Shown here: in pieces, positions 33,601-48,600 of the stretch
How positions within the stretch are numbered: the stretch's first letter is position 1
Layout: the number at the start of each line of letters is the position of its first letter
Origin: Cyanophora paradoxa CCMP329
Taxonomy: Eukaryota > Plantae > Glaucophyta
Direction: 5' to 3'
DNA length: 64,000 bases
NCBI GenBank assembly: GCA_004431415.1
Contig: QPMI01000521.1
Coordinates: forward strand, 124,001-188,000
Notes under the pieces: model-generated
Told to the model about the DNA's origin: nothing
Database searches by the model: none
What the model saw: the letters and a program-made list of their open reading frames with translations, nothing else
Made by a program: the position numbers and the translations under genes

Positions 33601-36600
33601 ACCGCGACTCGGGAGAAGCTCGCCGGGACGGTCAGGTTCGCCGCTATGAATGTCAAGGTCGTCGGAGACCCGGGCACGAGCCGCGCGCTTCCGTCAACGT
33701 CCACGCTTGCCGAGTAGTTCACGTAAAGCCCGATCTGTGCCGGCAGGGATGTCTGCAGCGTGAATCCCACGCCATTGGACGTCGCGTTCAGAGCGAGGGC
33801 TGTGATGGTCCCCGGGAATGCAGGCAGCGTCCACGGCGACACGAAGTCTGCCACCTGCAGCGCAGGCGACGTGCTGAACGGAAGCACCCGGCACCCGATC
33901 GGCGCGTTGATCGCACGCCTCATCCACAGGTCGCACGTCAGATTGCTCCCGATGACGATGAACGATCCCGCTGAGAGCCGGCCACCGCCAACCGCCGCCG
34001 ACCACCAGATCTCCATGCTGGCCGACGGCACTGTTGCTGCCGCCACAAAGCTGAGGGCCACGTCTCGCGCGTACACAGCACTCGATGAAGCCGCCACTTC
34101 GCTGCTCGTGGAAGCGTTGTACCGCAGCCATCCAGAAGAGGAGACAAGCGCGTTCACCGACGCCCCGACTGCTACAGGCACCGCAAAATCGCTCGGCTCC
34201 AGCGACGCGCCGCTGCTCGGTGTCACTGCAGTGCATACCAGTCGCGATCCCAGCGCCAGCCAGGTCGTGCAGTTGCCCGTCGCATTCACGATCACGATCG
34301 TCTGCACGGGGCCGACCACCGCCACGCTCACGTTTGCGTTGATTGCATCAGCCCACTGCAAAGAGATTGGCGCCCCGCTGTCTGTCGTCACGGCTGTTGC
34401 CACGAAGCTGAAGGTCAGGTGGCCCCCGGCCAGTGCCTGGAACGCCGTGTATGTGCCGTAAGCCGACGCCACCGACACAACATCCGTCGTTCGGAGATCG
34501 GCGCTCGTCACGCTCTTCCGCACGTCGCAAGTGGCGTTCGCCCCGACGCGCCTCCGCAGGCCCGTGCAGTTCACGGACGCCGCCACAACTGTCACGTTCA
34601 ATGGCGACGACGCCACGTGCCGCGTCGTCCGGTCCAGCGCAGACGAGTACCGCACCGAGAGCTCCGACAGCGCCACCGCGCTCTGAGGCGTGATGTTGAA
34701 GAACAGCACCCCCGCCCGCAGTACCACCGTCGACACCGTCCACGCGTCCGCTGGCGACACCGACACGGTCACGTCCCCGACCAGCAGTGCTGGCGACGCC
34801 CCCACGGGGTCCACCCGGCACTCCACCCAGCCGTTCACCACCATCCGGATGCGCGGGCAGGACAGCGCCGCCGACACGACTGTCACCGCCGCTGAGCCAC
34901 CGAGCTGGCCGCCGCCAATTGTCGTGTTGTACGCCGCGGTTGCTGAAACGTTTAATCCTCCAAACGGCGCCGACACCACGAAGACCACATTGTCCCCCGT
35001 GCTGCCCGAGACGTTGACGGCGGATGCGGCCGCGAACGACGCCGAGCTCGACGCCGAGGAGAGCGACAGGCTTGCGACGTCGGTGGTGGCCAGCAGAGCA
35101 GAACCCGCCTCCCGCACCGCGACCAGGTTGAAGGAGGCGTTCACCGCGACTCGGGAGAAGCTCGCCGGGACGGTCAGGTTCGCCGCTATGAATGTCAAGG
35201 TCGTCGGAGACCCGGGCACGAGCCGCGCGCTTCCGTCAACGTCCACGCTTGCCGAGTAGTTCACGTAAAGCCCGATCTGTGCCGGCAGGGATGTCTGCAG
35301 CGTGAATCCCACGCCATTGGACGTCGCGTTCAGAGCGAGGGCTGTGATGGTCCCCGGGAATGCAGGCAGCGTCCACGGCGACACGAAGTCTGCCACCTGC
35401 AGCGCAGGCGACGTGCTGAACGGAAGCACCCGGCACCCGATCGGCGCGTTGATCGCACGCCTCATCCACAGGTCGCACGTCAGATTGCTCCCGATGACGA
35501 TGAACGATCCCGCTGAGAGCCGGCCACCGCCAACCGCCGCCGACCACCAGATCTCCATGCTGGCCGACGGCACTGTTGCTGCCGCCACAAAGCTGAGGGC
35601 CACGTCTCGCGCGTACACAGCACTCGATGAAGCCGCCACTCCGCTGCTCGTGGAAGCGTTGTACCGCAGCCATCCAGAAGAGGAGACAAGCGCGTTCACC
35701 GACGCCCCAACTGCTACAGGCACCGCAAAATCGCCCGGCTCCAGCGACGCGCCGCTGCTCGGTGTCACTGCAGTGCATACCAGTTGCGATCCCAGCGCCA
35801 GCCGGGTCGTGCAGTTGCCCGTCGCATTCACGATCACGATCGTCTGCACGGGGCCGACCAGCCTCACGCTCGCGTTTGCGTTGATTGCATCAGCCCACTG
35901 CAAAGAGATAGGCGCCCCGTTGTCTGTCGTCACGGCTGTTGCCACGAAGCTGAACGTCAGGTGGCCCCCGGCCAGTGCCTGGAACGCCGTGTATGTGCCG
36001 TGAGCCGACGCCACCGACACAACATCCGTCGTTCGGAGATCGGCGCTCGTCACGCTCTTCCGCACGTCGCAAGTGGCGTTCGCCCCGACGCGCCTCCGCA
36101 GGCCCGTGCAGTTCACGGACGCCGCCACAACTGTCACGTTCAATGGCGACGACGCCACGTGCCGCGTCGTCCGGTCCAGCACAGACGAGTACCGCACCGA
36201 GAGCTCCGACAGCGCCACCGCGCTCTGAGGCGTGATGTTGAAGAACAGCACCCCCGCCCGCAGTACCACCGTCGACACCGTCCACGCGTCCGCCGGCGAC
36301 ACCGACACGGTCACGTCCCCCACCAGCAGTGCTGGCGACGCCCCCACGGGGTCCACCCGGCACTCCACCCAGCCGTTCACCACCGTCCGGTTGCGCGGGC
36401 AGGACAGCGCCGCCGACACGACTGTCACCGCCACTGATCCGCCGAGCTGGCCGCCGCCGATTGTCGCGTTGTACGCCGCGGTTGCTGAAACATTAGTCCC
36501 CACAAACGGCGCCGTCACCACGAAGACCACGTTGTCCCCCGTGCTGCCCGAGACGTTGACGGCGGATGCGGCCGCGAACGACGCCGAGCTCGACGCCGAG

Positions 36601-39600
36601 GAGAGCGACAGGCTTGCGACGTCGGTGGTGGCCAGCAGAGCAGAACCCGCCTCCCGCACCGCGACCAGGTTGAAGGAGGCGTTCACCGCGACTCGGGAGA
36701 AGCTCGCCGGGACAGTCAGGTTCGCCGCTATGAATGTCAAGGTCGTCGGAGACCCGGGCACGAGCCGCGCGCTTCCGTCAACGTCCACGCTTGCCGAGTA
36801 GTTCACGTAAAGCCCGATCTGTGCCGGCAGGGATGTCTGCAGCGTGAATCCCACGCCATTGGACGTCGCGTTCAGAGCGAGGGCTGTGATGGTCCCCGGG
36901 AATGCAGGCAGCGTCCACGGCGACACGAAGTCTGCCACCTGCAGCGCAGGCGACGTGCTGAACGGAAGCACCCGGCACCCGATCGGCGCGTTGATCGCAC
37001 GCCTCATCCACAGGTCGCACGTCAGATTGCTCCCGATGACGATGAACGATCCCGCTGAGAGCCGGCCACCGCCAACCGCCGCCGACCACCAGATCTCCAT
37101 GCTGGCCGACGGCACTGTTGCTGCCGCCACAAAGCTGAGGGCCACGTCTCGCGCGTACACAGCACTCGATGAAGCCGCCACTCCGCTGCTCGTGGAAGCG
37201 TTGTACCGCAGCCATCCAGAAGAGGAGACAAGCGCGTTCACCGACGCCCCGACTGCTACAGGCACCGCAAAATCGCTCGGCTCCAGCGACGCGCCGCTGC
37301 TCGGTGTCACTGCAGTGCATACCAGTCGCGATCCCAGCGCCAGCCGGGTCGTGCAGTTGCCCGTCGCATTCACGATCACGATCGTCTGCACGGGGCCGAC
37401 TACCGCCGCGCTTGCGTTCACGTTGATCGCGTCGGCCCACTGCACAGAGATAGGCGCCCCGTTGTCTGTTGTCACGGCTGTTGCCACGAAGCTGAACGTC
37501 AGGTGGCCCCCGGCCAGTGCCTGGAACGCCGTGTATGTGCCGTAAGCCGACGCCACCGACACAACATCCGTCGCTCGGAGATCGGCGCTCGTCGCGCTCT
37601 TCCGCACGTCGCAAGTGGCGTTCGCCCCAACGCGCCTCCGCAGGCCCGTGCAGTTCACGGACGCCGCCGCAACTGTAACGTTCAACGGCGACGACGCCAC
37701 GTGCCGCGTCGTCCGGTCCAGCGCAGACGAGTACCGCACCGAGAGCTCCGACAGCGCCACCGCGCTCTGAGGCGTGATGTTGAAGAACAGCACCCCCGCC
37801 CGCAGTACCACCGTCGACACCGTCCACGCGTCCGCCGGCGACACCGACACGGTCACGTCCCCCACCAGCAGTGCTGGCGACGCCCCCACGGGGTCCACCC
37901 GGCACTCCACCCAGCCGTTCACCACCGTCCGGTTGCGCGGGCAGGACAGCGCCGCCGACACGACTGTCACCGCCGCTGAGCCACCGAGCTGGCCGCCGCC
38001 GATTGTCGCGTTGTACGCCGCGGTTGCTGACACATTTGTCCCCACAAACGGTGCCGTCACCACGAAGACCACGTTGTCCCCCGTGCTGCCCGAGACGTTG
38101 ACGGCGGATGCGGCCGCGAACGACGCCGAGCTCGACGCCGAGGAGAGCGACAGGCTTGCGACGTCGGTGGTGGCCAGCAGAGCAGAACCCGCCTCCCGCA
38201 CCGCGACCAGGTTGAAGGAGGCGTTCACCGCGACTCGGGAGAAGCTCGCCGGGACAGTCAGGTTCGCCGCTATGAATGTCAAGGTCGTCGGAGACCCGGG
38301 CACGAGCCGCGCGCTTCCGTCAACGTCCACGCTTGCCGAGTAGTTCACGTAAAGCCCGATCTGTGCCGGCAGGGATGTCTGCAGCGTGAATCCCACGCCA
38401 TTGGACGTCGCGTTCAGAGCGAGGGCTGTGATGGTCCCCGGGAATGCAGGCAGCGTCCACGGCGACACGAAGTCTGCCACCTGCAGCGCAGGCGACGTGC
38501 TGAACGGAAGCACCCGGCACCCGATCGGCGCGTTGATCGCACGCCTCATCCACAGGTCGCACGTCAGATTGCTCCCGATGACGATGAACGATCCCGCTGA
38601 GAGCCGGCCACCGCCAACCGCCGCCGACCACCAGATCTCCATGCTGGCCGACGGCACTGTTGCTGCCGCCACAAAGCTGAGGGCCACGTCTCGCGCGTAC
38701 ACAGCACTCGATGAAGCCGCCACTCCGCTGCTCGTGGAAGCGTTGTACCGCAGCCATCCAGAAGAGGAGACAAGCGCGTTCACCGACGCCCCGACTGCTA
38801 CAGGCACCGCAAAATCGCTCGGCTCCAGCGACGCGCCGCTGCTCGGTGTCACTGCAGTGCATACCAGTCGCGATCCCAGCGCCAGCCGGGTCGTGCAGTT
38901 GCCCGTCGCATTCACGATCACGATCGTCTGCACGGGGCCGACTACCGCCGCGCTTGCGTTCACGTTGATCGCGTCGGCCCACTGCACAGAGATAGGCGCC
39001 CCGTTGTCTGTTGTCACGGATGTTGCCACGAAACTGAACGTCAGGTGGCCCCCGGCCAGTGCCTGGAACGCCGTGTATGTGCCGTAAGCCGACGCCACCG
39101 ACACAACATCCATCGCTCGGAGATCGGCGCTCGTCGCGCTCTTCCGCACGTCGCAAGTGGCGTTCGCCCCGACGCGCCTCCGCAGGCCCGTGCAGTTCAC
39201 GGACGCCGCCACAACTGTAACGTTCAACGGCGACGACGCCACGTGCCGCGTCGTCCGGTCCAGCGCAGACGAGTACCGCACCGAGAGCTCCGACAGCGCC
39301 ACCGCGCTCTGAGGCGTGATGTTGAAGAACAGCACCCCCGCCCGCAGTACCACCGTCGACACCGTCCACGCGTCCGCCGGCGACACCGACACGGTCACGT
39401 CCCCCACCAGCAGTGCTGGCGACGCCCCCACTGGGTCCACCCGGCACTCCACCCAGCCGTTCACCACCGTCCGGTTGCGCGGGCAGGACAGCGCCGCCGA
39501 CACAACTGTCACCGCCGCTGATCCGCCGAGCTGGCCGCCGCTGATTGTCGCGTTGTACGCCGCGGTTGCTGACACATTTGTCCCCACAAACGGCGCCGTC

Positions 39601-42600
39601 ACCACGAAGACCACGTTGTCCCCCGTGCTGCCCGAGACGTTGACGGCGGATGCGGCCGCGAACGACGCCGAGCTCGACGCCGAGGAGAGCGACAGGCTCG
39701 CGACGTCGGTGGTGGCCAGCAGAGCAGAACCCGCCTCCCGCACCGCGACCAGGCTGATGGAGGCGTTCACCGCTGCACGTTGTGGAATGACGACCAGCGT
39801 CGCGGCTGCCAGAGAACACGATTTCAGTTCAGTATGAAATGCAAATCTTTGAAGAGAAAAAAAGTGCACCAATAACTGTTGTGTTGAAAGGACTACCGGT
39901 AACGTGGACACCTCGGAGCCCATCCGTAATAGTATTGTTGTAAAGTACATTCGTGAGAACTGACTGAACCAGCGACAAAGGTAGCATGGAGAAGCTGTAG
40001 CTCGCAGAGACTGGCAGCGCTCTGCTGAGGGTGAGGTTCCCCGGTACTGGGGAAAGGGTTGGGTCTTGGAAGTCGGATGCCTCAAGCAATCCGAGTCCGG
40101 AAACAAGGCTACAATTGATATGCGCGCCGAACCGGACACGGGCAGAGCAATTCACCAGGTCTGCCCTGACGACATCGAGAATCGCCGCTGTCAACGTGTC
40201 TCCTAGGACGCCCCGCGAGGGAGACGCCCATTGAACTGTGACGCTGGAGTTCAGCTTCAGTGAGAGCGCCTCCACCAGCAGTGTGCCAAGAGTGCCGGTT
40301 TCTGCGTCAGCAACTCCGGTGCTTGCCAGCGTGACATTCCGGACGGCGAGATTCGACGAGACGACAGGGGCGGCCAGGTCTGCATTGATCAGAGGTGCTG
40401 AGCCTTGCAAAGTCTTTATAAAGCACGTCATGTTCCTCGCGACGGAGAGGCGGCGCGGGCAGCTGATGTATCCGTCCAGCACCGTTACAGTGGCGCTCGC
40501 GATAAATGTGCCGCCAACAGCAGACGCGAAGTACACGTCATAAGCGACGGTCGAGCTTGCCGTCACACTATTCGGGATCATACTCAAAAGGAGCTGCAAA
40601 ATGATAGAGTCAGTAATAAAATGTAGGAAGAAGTCATTCAAAGGCTCACAGTTCCTGCTGTCGACCCCGCGGCGACGGTGGCGCTTCCGAGGTAAGTCGT
40701 AAGTGCCACGTCGCTCACGATAAGACCCGCAGCAGTTGCGTGCGGGATGAGCGTGCAGTTGAAATACGCCCCGCGTCTGCGACGCAGCTCCGTGCAACTG
40801 ATGTTCGCGGAAAGGACCGAGAACTGCGTTGATATGTTGCGCAAGGGCGACCAAGCACCGACATTGCGCCCATAGTAGTTTGCGATGACCTGCGTATTGT
40901 CAAAAGCCGGAAAAATAGGATAATGCAGTCTCAGCTACCTTGCCGGTCGACGCGGGCAACGGCGTGGCAGGTAGTGGCAGGTTGATTTGCAGGCCAGTTC
41001 CCAGAACGGTTGCCGTGGACCCGCGGCGGAAGTAGGACGCTGTGCCCATGGTGTAGATGGCCGCGAAGATGTCCGAGATTTTAAGATTCCCGGAAGATCC
41101 CACGGGGTTGATGGTGCAAGGCATGAAAGTGTTGGCATTCCAGCGCGTGGGACAGGAAATGCCGGCCTCCACGATCTCGATGACGACGCTACCGCCGCCG
41201 CCTCCTCCAATCTTCATGCCAGGCGGTAAGCACAGCTCGGGCTCGCTCTCAGCGCGACAGATCCAGAGCTTACCGCGGTGCTGTAAGACACGGAGACGGT
41301 TGTCCCAGCAGTCGACGCCAGGGCCTTGCTGGAGAAAATGATGCTGCCCGTCGATGTGACCGTGAAGGGCGTGACGGAGACGAGGCTGGCCGTGTACACC
41401 GGAGCGTTCAAGTCCGAGAAGACGATCCAGTCGCTGGCTCCTCCTTTTTTAACCTGCATAAACGAGAGCGAGAGTGAGCATGCATATGCCCAATGAAGGG
41501 CACGCGCCCGGTGGCGCACCGTGCATGTCGACGTGCCGCCTATAGCGCGTCTGATGCCTGAACAGTCGACCATGGCTTCGATGACGTCGATGGGGGTGCT
41601 CGCAGCGAATCCGCCGCCAACGAGTGCCGAAAAGGAGAAAGTCATCTGGTAGCCAACTCTGAGGGAAGCGTCAGCGCCGAGTAAATGATTCAGAACCGAG
41701 AAGATAGGTCACCCGCTGGCCCAGGGCGGTGTGTACGTGAAGTCCAGCCCGCTCGAGGTCGCCGTCACTGCAGAGTAGAAGAAGCTCGAGAGCTCGGCGA
41801 AGTCGCTCTGCTGCAGGGCAGGCGAGCTCGCGTGCTTGTAGAGTGTGCAGAGGACGGCAGAGTTGACTGCCATGCGGCCTCGAGCGCACTGCAGTGGCGA
41901 CGTCGTTCGCAGTGCTGCAGGCGGTCGACGTCAACGCTAATTACACGACGAGCGTGAATTAGATAACATGTACATACCGAAGACTGTGATTGCCGAACTC
42001 GGAGAGCCCGTTACCACACCGCCTCCGATTGCGGAGCTGTACGAAATGCTGAATGTGCCGCCACTCCCCATGACATCGCCGCTGATGGCGAAGGTGACGG
42101 ATGTCCCTGCGACCAGAAGCGGGGCGCTGGACGCATAGCCGGCGGAGAACGTGGGCGACTGGAAATCAGCAGTGGTGAGCGCGGAAGACGTCGCCGACGG
42201 CGCCAGAGTGCATGCGGACGTCGCCCCCAGCCGTATGCGTGTCGTGGCGCACGAAAAGGTCGCCGAGACGAGCTCGACAATGACGACTTGCGCAGGTGGC
42301 ATTGCTGGGTCGATGGACGCATCCCAGCGGACCGTGATCGAGTCGGTCATGTTGGTAATGGAGAGCGCGGCCGGCGCCGTGTACGTGAATGAGAAGCCCG
42401 CGCCGTCCGAGCTCAGCTTCCATCCGGCAATCGCGGCCCCCGTTTGGTTGGCGGAGGGCGGTAGCACATCGCCCGTGGCCGCGAGCGGGGCGGAGATAGC
42501 GGTCGCGTTCAGGTAGCATGTCGTCGAGGCGCCCGGCCGTAGGCGCGTGGCGACGCACGACATGATCACGTCGACGACTTCGATTAGCACGGGATCGGTC

Positions 42601-45600
42601 ATGTCCGGAGAGCCGAAGACGCTCGCGTCCACGACGCTCGTGGACCAGGATAAACGGTAGCTCGCAGCGTCCGCGCCGGTCGTCGCCGCGAGGTGCCGGC
42701 GCTGCCCGCGTCGGGCGACAAGCGGCACACGCAGGCCGCCGTCAGCAGTCTGGACGGCGCGGTCCAGTGCCGCCACCACGTAGCGCGATGTCATGGGTGC
42801 CACGTCGATCGCGCGAAGCGGGGCGGAGCCGTTTTCGCGCGTCAAGATGCAGGACGACAGCGTGTTGGCGCCCAGACGCCCGGAGGGGCACGTTGCGCTG
42901 GCGATGGAGACGACGGCGAAGTTGGTGACGATCTCCGTCGCGTTCGTGATGGTGGATGCGACCGAAACATTGCAGCCGGCATCGCCGTACAGCCGGTCCG
43001 CTCGAAAAGTGAACGACATTCCGCCAGCGGCTGTTTCGACCAGCGCGGTGACGTTGCCGACTGAGGATAGGACGAGGTCGGATGCGAAGATTCTGGTCCC
43101 GGCGGGCGCCTTTCCGATCGTGCAGGAGGCGGCCGTCGTGTAGAGCAGCCGCGTCGCGGAGGGCGTGCACGTGAGGGAGCCGACGCCGGCGACGTCCACG
43201 GTCGCGGGTGTCAGCGCCAGCACGCCGAGATCCGGCGTGACCAGGCGAACGATGACGCCCTCGGCGGTGGCCCCGGCAGCAGCGATAACGGGCACCACAA
43301 TAATGCCCCCGACGAGTGAAGGCGATCCGTAGCGGAGCGCGTTCGTGGAAGAAGAGAGCTGCGTGAGAGAAACAGCGAAGTCCGTGGGGTCGATTGCGGC
43401 AGAGCCGACCACCTGCGAGTGTGTTAGCATTTCGTAGTTCGCTGTGAAGACTTCAACTCTCACCGAGCAGTTCATCCTCTCCCCGACCCAAAGCCTCTTG
43501 ACCGGGCAAGTGAGGTTGTAGACCGTCGAGATGGAGATCTTCACGTCCAGCGCGCGGCCGCCGAGTGATTCCTTCCACTGCGCTCTCACCACGACCTCGC
43601 CCGCCGGCGACAGCGCGTGCACAGTCTGTGCCGAAAATCGTCTCGTTAACAGACTTCGTTGCTAGGGGCGATGCACAGAATACAAGCGAGGCACGCACGA
43701 AGTAGAAGACGGTGCGGTCGGTGGACGACCACCCGACGTTGACGGGCGACGATACGTTGATGCTCCCGTTTGTTCCCGGCGTCAACAGCGTGAAATCCGC
43801 CGAAGAAAACTGCTGCGAGAATCCCTCCCTAGAGACCTGAACCCCAAGTTAACAGAAGAATCGCAGCCTCTGAAAAGATAAAATGCTGAGCGCGCACGTT
43901 GCAGCGAATCTTCTCGCGGAACGTAATCGCGTACGTTTCGCAGGACAAAGAGGCATTCAAACCAGGGATCAAGATGAAGGGCGCGACGGCGATGCCGCCC
44001 ACAGCCGCTGAGAAGCGCGCGGAGATAGTCACGTTGCCGGTGGCGTTGTCGAGGTTCGATACCGTAAACTGCAGCGACCCGTCCGCGGTCTCCGTTAGAT
44101 TTCCGACCACGGCCGGCGGATAGTCCGTCGTGGGGGTATCGAAGTCGGTAGGAGCCAGATTCGTGCTGTTTGCAGCCCTTTGCAGCATGCAGGTTACCGT
44201 GCGACGGATTTGCCGCGTCGGCGTGCAGGTTATGTTTGTGACGCCTAGCAAGAACAGAGAGCCAGTGGATGACAGACTCGGCTGATTGTCCAGGGCTGCC
44301 GACCAACGGAGGCCGAGCGTCGCGGTCGCCGCGGTGAGCTGGGATAGGCTCGGAACCACGGCCGTGAACCACGCGAAGGAGTTCCCCTGCACGTAGGGGC
44401 CCGAGAAGGACATGGGACCAGACGACGCCGACGACGTCTGATCGACGACGAAGTCCGATCCGTAGGCTTGCGCCGAGCCCGGCCTGAGGGCGACGCAATC
44501 ATCCGACGGGCAATACTCAAAACGAGACAGAAACGCACGCAATCTGCAGCGTGCAGTTCCGCGGGGCCCCGACCGCCAACCTCCGGTTCCCGTTCGCATC
44601 CGCGCAGGTGAAGGAGCTCCAGACCCAGTCCACCACGTCCACCGGCATGTCGACGATGAGCGGGGGCGCGAACCACATCGAGTCGTGCACGTCGGTCGGA
44701 GCCGTCACTCGCAGGGTCGGAGTTATGCCGAAACCGAAGGGGACGAGGCTCAGGCCAAGGACGCCGATCGAGAACGTGTTTCCGAGTGGAGACAGGGGGC
44801 AGTCTGTCGAGTAGCGTGCGAAGTCTGGGTACGTCACCGAGCAGGTCACCGTTGCGGTCGCGCTGGCCGAGACTACGAGAGGAGAACGCTGGCGCATCCG
44901 AAGGTCAGGGAGACGCATAAGGAGACCAATATTCTTAAAGCAGATGCTCGCGCACCGACACGGACATAGTTGTCTGGCGCGTCCTCGCGACGCGGCAGCG
45001 CCCGTTCACCGTCGAGTTGCAGTAGGAAATGAACCTCTGAACGGGGATTGCAACCGTGCCGGTCACGTTCTGAACAAAGGCGTTCGTCATCGCATAGCGG
45101 AAGTCGACGGAAAGGTTGGCGCCGAACTCCGGCCCCATCGGAGCGCGAAGCATGGCGTTGATCGTGTTCGCCCCCCAATCTTTGAACACGTCCATCCGCT
45201 GCCCGACGGAGACCGTGATGGAGAGGTCCTCGGGGTTCAGAGGCTGGAAGCCTGTCTCGCTCGCGACCTTGCAGACCACGTTCGCCCCGAACGCCACGGC
45301 CGCCCGCGAGCACGAGACGGTTCCAGCCTGCGCCAAGACAAGCAGCTTCAATTAAACCGCGAGATGAGTCCAGTGGAGATGACTCGCCTTGATTGTGAAG
45401 AACTCGAAGATAAAAGCACTGCGCTGGAGGTCGCTAAGGCTGGCCCAATTCGAGTGAACCATCTGCCGGAAATTTTGTGAGATCGAGGCCGCTCTTACGG
45501 CACCGCGCCTCGCGACTTACCGACGTCGAAAACGGCAGGTAGACCTTGGGGTTGCCGTAGACGGGATTCGGAGTGGCGGCAATTGCCGTGATATTAAACA

Positions 45601-48600
45601 TATAGCATTCAATCTGCGAAAATGATCCGCAAGAGGCTCAAAGATAAGAAAGAAAGACCGCGCTCTCTATCTCAGCACACCGTTTTGTTCGTGAACAGTT
45701 CCTTCAAACTCCAGTCTTGAGGGAAGTAAGATGGGGGAACGAAAAAGGAGCCGTTGACCATCGCTGACACAGCGGCAACAGCTGTTGAACCCCCGAGAGT
45801 GACAACCAGTGGGTCGAAGTAAGAAGCTTTGAAATCCGAGAAGGTATTGTATCGCGAGGGGATGACATAGATGGCGGTAGAAGATCCGACGGGCAGGCGA
45901 AGGAAGAACTGGCTCGGGCTCGCGACAACGAGCTGCACCGTCTTGAAGGGGAACTGCGCGACCACCACGCCATCCGAGCGCGCGTTCCACTGCGCCTGGG
46001 CCAGCGAAGCGCCCTGATTCGAACGGACCCAGTACAAGATGGAATCCTACGGTAGGAAAAAGTAGATAAGCACTCGATGAATATCGAAAGATAGAGCGAA
46101 GAAGCACGAACTCCTCCTGGGTATCCGCACGGGTACCGACACTCAATGTTGATCGGGATGCAATTCGGGGAACAGCTTGAGCTGCCGCTCCGATCTCAGA
46201 AATGACAAGTTAATAATGCTTTCGAAAAACATGTGCACTGACTTCGTCGATGTGTCGAGATCGAGCCCGCCGGATATGGGATAGCTCGCGGTTGCCTTGA
46301 GAATTGTGCATTCGGCGAAGAACGGGTAGCCCACGCTCACGCCGAGAACAGCTGGCGAGCAAACAGTGCCGGGCAAGATTTCCACGATTTCGATGTAATT
46401 GAAAATAGTATTCCTTGGGTCAATTCCCGTGAAGTTGAAGGAAAGATCTATTTTGGCCTGAAACTCGCTCGTGGCGTTGTGGTTGTACCTGTGTGTGCGC
46501 GCGTCACGAACCCGTCGCTTTCTGCCTGAGAGGGAAAAGCGCACGTGAAGTTGTACGAAGTGTAGCAGCCAGAGCCGCCCTCGGTCGAGTTGCAGAAAAC
46601 GAACTGCAGCGCGGCGTGCACTCGTCATGCCAACCCCTGCTCTAGAAGGCAGATCTAGAGCATACCGATTTGTCCGTCGACGATGAGAAGCCGACGTCAG
46701 CGCTGTTCGGACCCCAGTTCGTGATGTACCCGGGGCCGAACGCGATCCTGGGGGGCACGATGGCCGACATGGGCAGGACGGGGCTCGAGGGCCCTTCCTG
46801 CACCCGGAAATTGCACTCGGTTTTGCCGCCCGCTGCGCGCGAAAAGAGTCAGGGTCGAACCCGGAGCCGCGATCCTACTCGCAGACATCGGATTCGATTC
46901 TTGGTGCACTGCAAATTGTAGAACACGATTGCTCTGACGCTGGAGTTCCTGCGGCAAAGCAGTTTAAGTATTCTAGAAAGATGCGCGCGGCTCGCGATCA
47001 AAAGCCCTTGCTCTCACCAGACCGTGCGGGACGGCTCGGGAATTCCGCTGAAGTCGGGGAGACCCGCTTTCACATAGACGCGATCGACGGAGGCTCCGTA
47101 GGGCGCCTGCACGAGATGTTCACAGACAGATCTAGACCGCGATGCTGTATGTATGATCATAACAGACTGCGGGCGCACCAGACGGAAGAACACGTTCGGT
47201 GCGTTGTCCAGAAAGTCCACGCTCACCTTCCCGTCATCCTGCGGGAAGCCCTCATTTAAAGCAACTGGCGAACGCGGCAAGGGATTTGCGAACAGATCGG
47301 AAGACAAAGTCCTTGCGACTCAGTGAGGCTGATCCGTTCCCGGGAACTAATCGAAACGTCGTCAAGAGCAGATTGAAAGCTATGAAAATAATCGAAAAAG
47401 GGGAGCATACGAATGGTGCACTGCTCCAGTGTCTGCAGCGTTACGACAGGTCATGCTACGTGCGTGCGAGCATAGGAAAGCGATCTAGCGCACCGGGAAG
47501 CCGCCGAGAAGTATGGTCGTGTTGGGAATGCAGGACTGGTCCGCAATTATAGCGGCATCAATGATGCTGCAAATAGACTGCGCTTCAAGAGACGCAGGAA
47601 GACCGGTACGCACACAAATGGAAGAACAAAATGAAACGCACCGGTATTCGACTTTCGTTACGGTGCTGATGCCGGTGGGCGACACGGACGAGCTCCAGGG
47701 AATCCCGAAGACAAACTTCGACTGGGGCGACAGCGGGAATGGCTGGATCGTAAACTGGACATGCCGACAGTTGAGTGACGTGAGGGGTTCTCGCTAGAGC
47801 GGCGGGCGCACCTCGACGCCATTGGAGACATTCCTGGCACTGGTTGGGTCCAGCCCCGCGGGCCAGGACGCATCGCGGGTCTGCGTGGTTGCGCTTGAAC
47901 GAAAACACGAAGCACAATCGGTTTTTGCGCACCCAGTTGAAATCCGTCACGCTTGGAATTGCCGAGGACTGAATGTTGCATTGTTCACAGCCCTACAGCG
48001 TACAATGAACATCAGGATTTCGCAAGGCCACGAAAGCAGGCGATACGTGTAAGCCTCGCACTTGTTTTGTGTACGGATGCCCAAAATCTTCCGGTTCAAT
48101 CAAGCAAGTCCTGTTGTATGGTGCGTTCAGCCACTGGTTCCAGTTCACTCGAGCACCCTCGGTGTCAAGGCCTTGGTTGAATGTCGGCCTGCAGGAGAAT
48201 TGCGCGAAAAGCCGCCACGGCTCCCACTTCGCCGCGTTGTCCGGCGAACGCGCTGCAAGCCCACGAATGGATCAATAAACGCGCATTGGATGCAAGGGGC
48301 AGTGGGGTTTCAATACGCACATTTGAGGACACTCACGGTTGTTGAAATGTAGGGCTTGAGCAACGCCCCGGCAGTCGAGAGGTAGGCTGTCGCCCACCGC
48401 ACGTACAACGTCGTTTCCGCTACAACGGAGGGGGACCCGAACGTGATGGAGACGTTGGCACTCCTGGACGCTGAAGAGAACGCAAACGTGGGCCGCGGGC
48501 TGGCACCAGCCCCGACGTCTGTTCTGCACGCCGCGAGATCTCCGGGGCAGTTTCCGTCGTTGTTTGCGCCCGTCGGCGCGTACTGCGAACGAGTGTTGAG

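Noticed and set aside
33694-39837. Repeated shadow ORFs (233, 189, 180, 158, 85, 69 aa)
   Set aside because: They are alternative-frame or antisense products of the 1,542-bp coding repeat.
30735-40139. The 3134-aa ORF as a standalone gene or a bacterial adhesin insertion
   Set aside because: It has no signal peptide of its own, both ends read into intron sequence, canonical splice sites bound it at 39806 and 30814, and the same module continues in upstream intron-containing exons.
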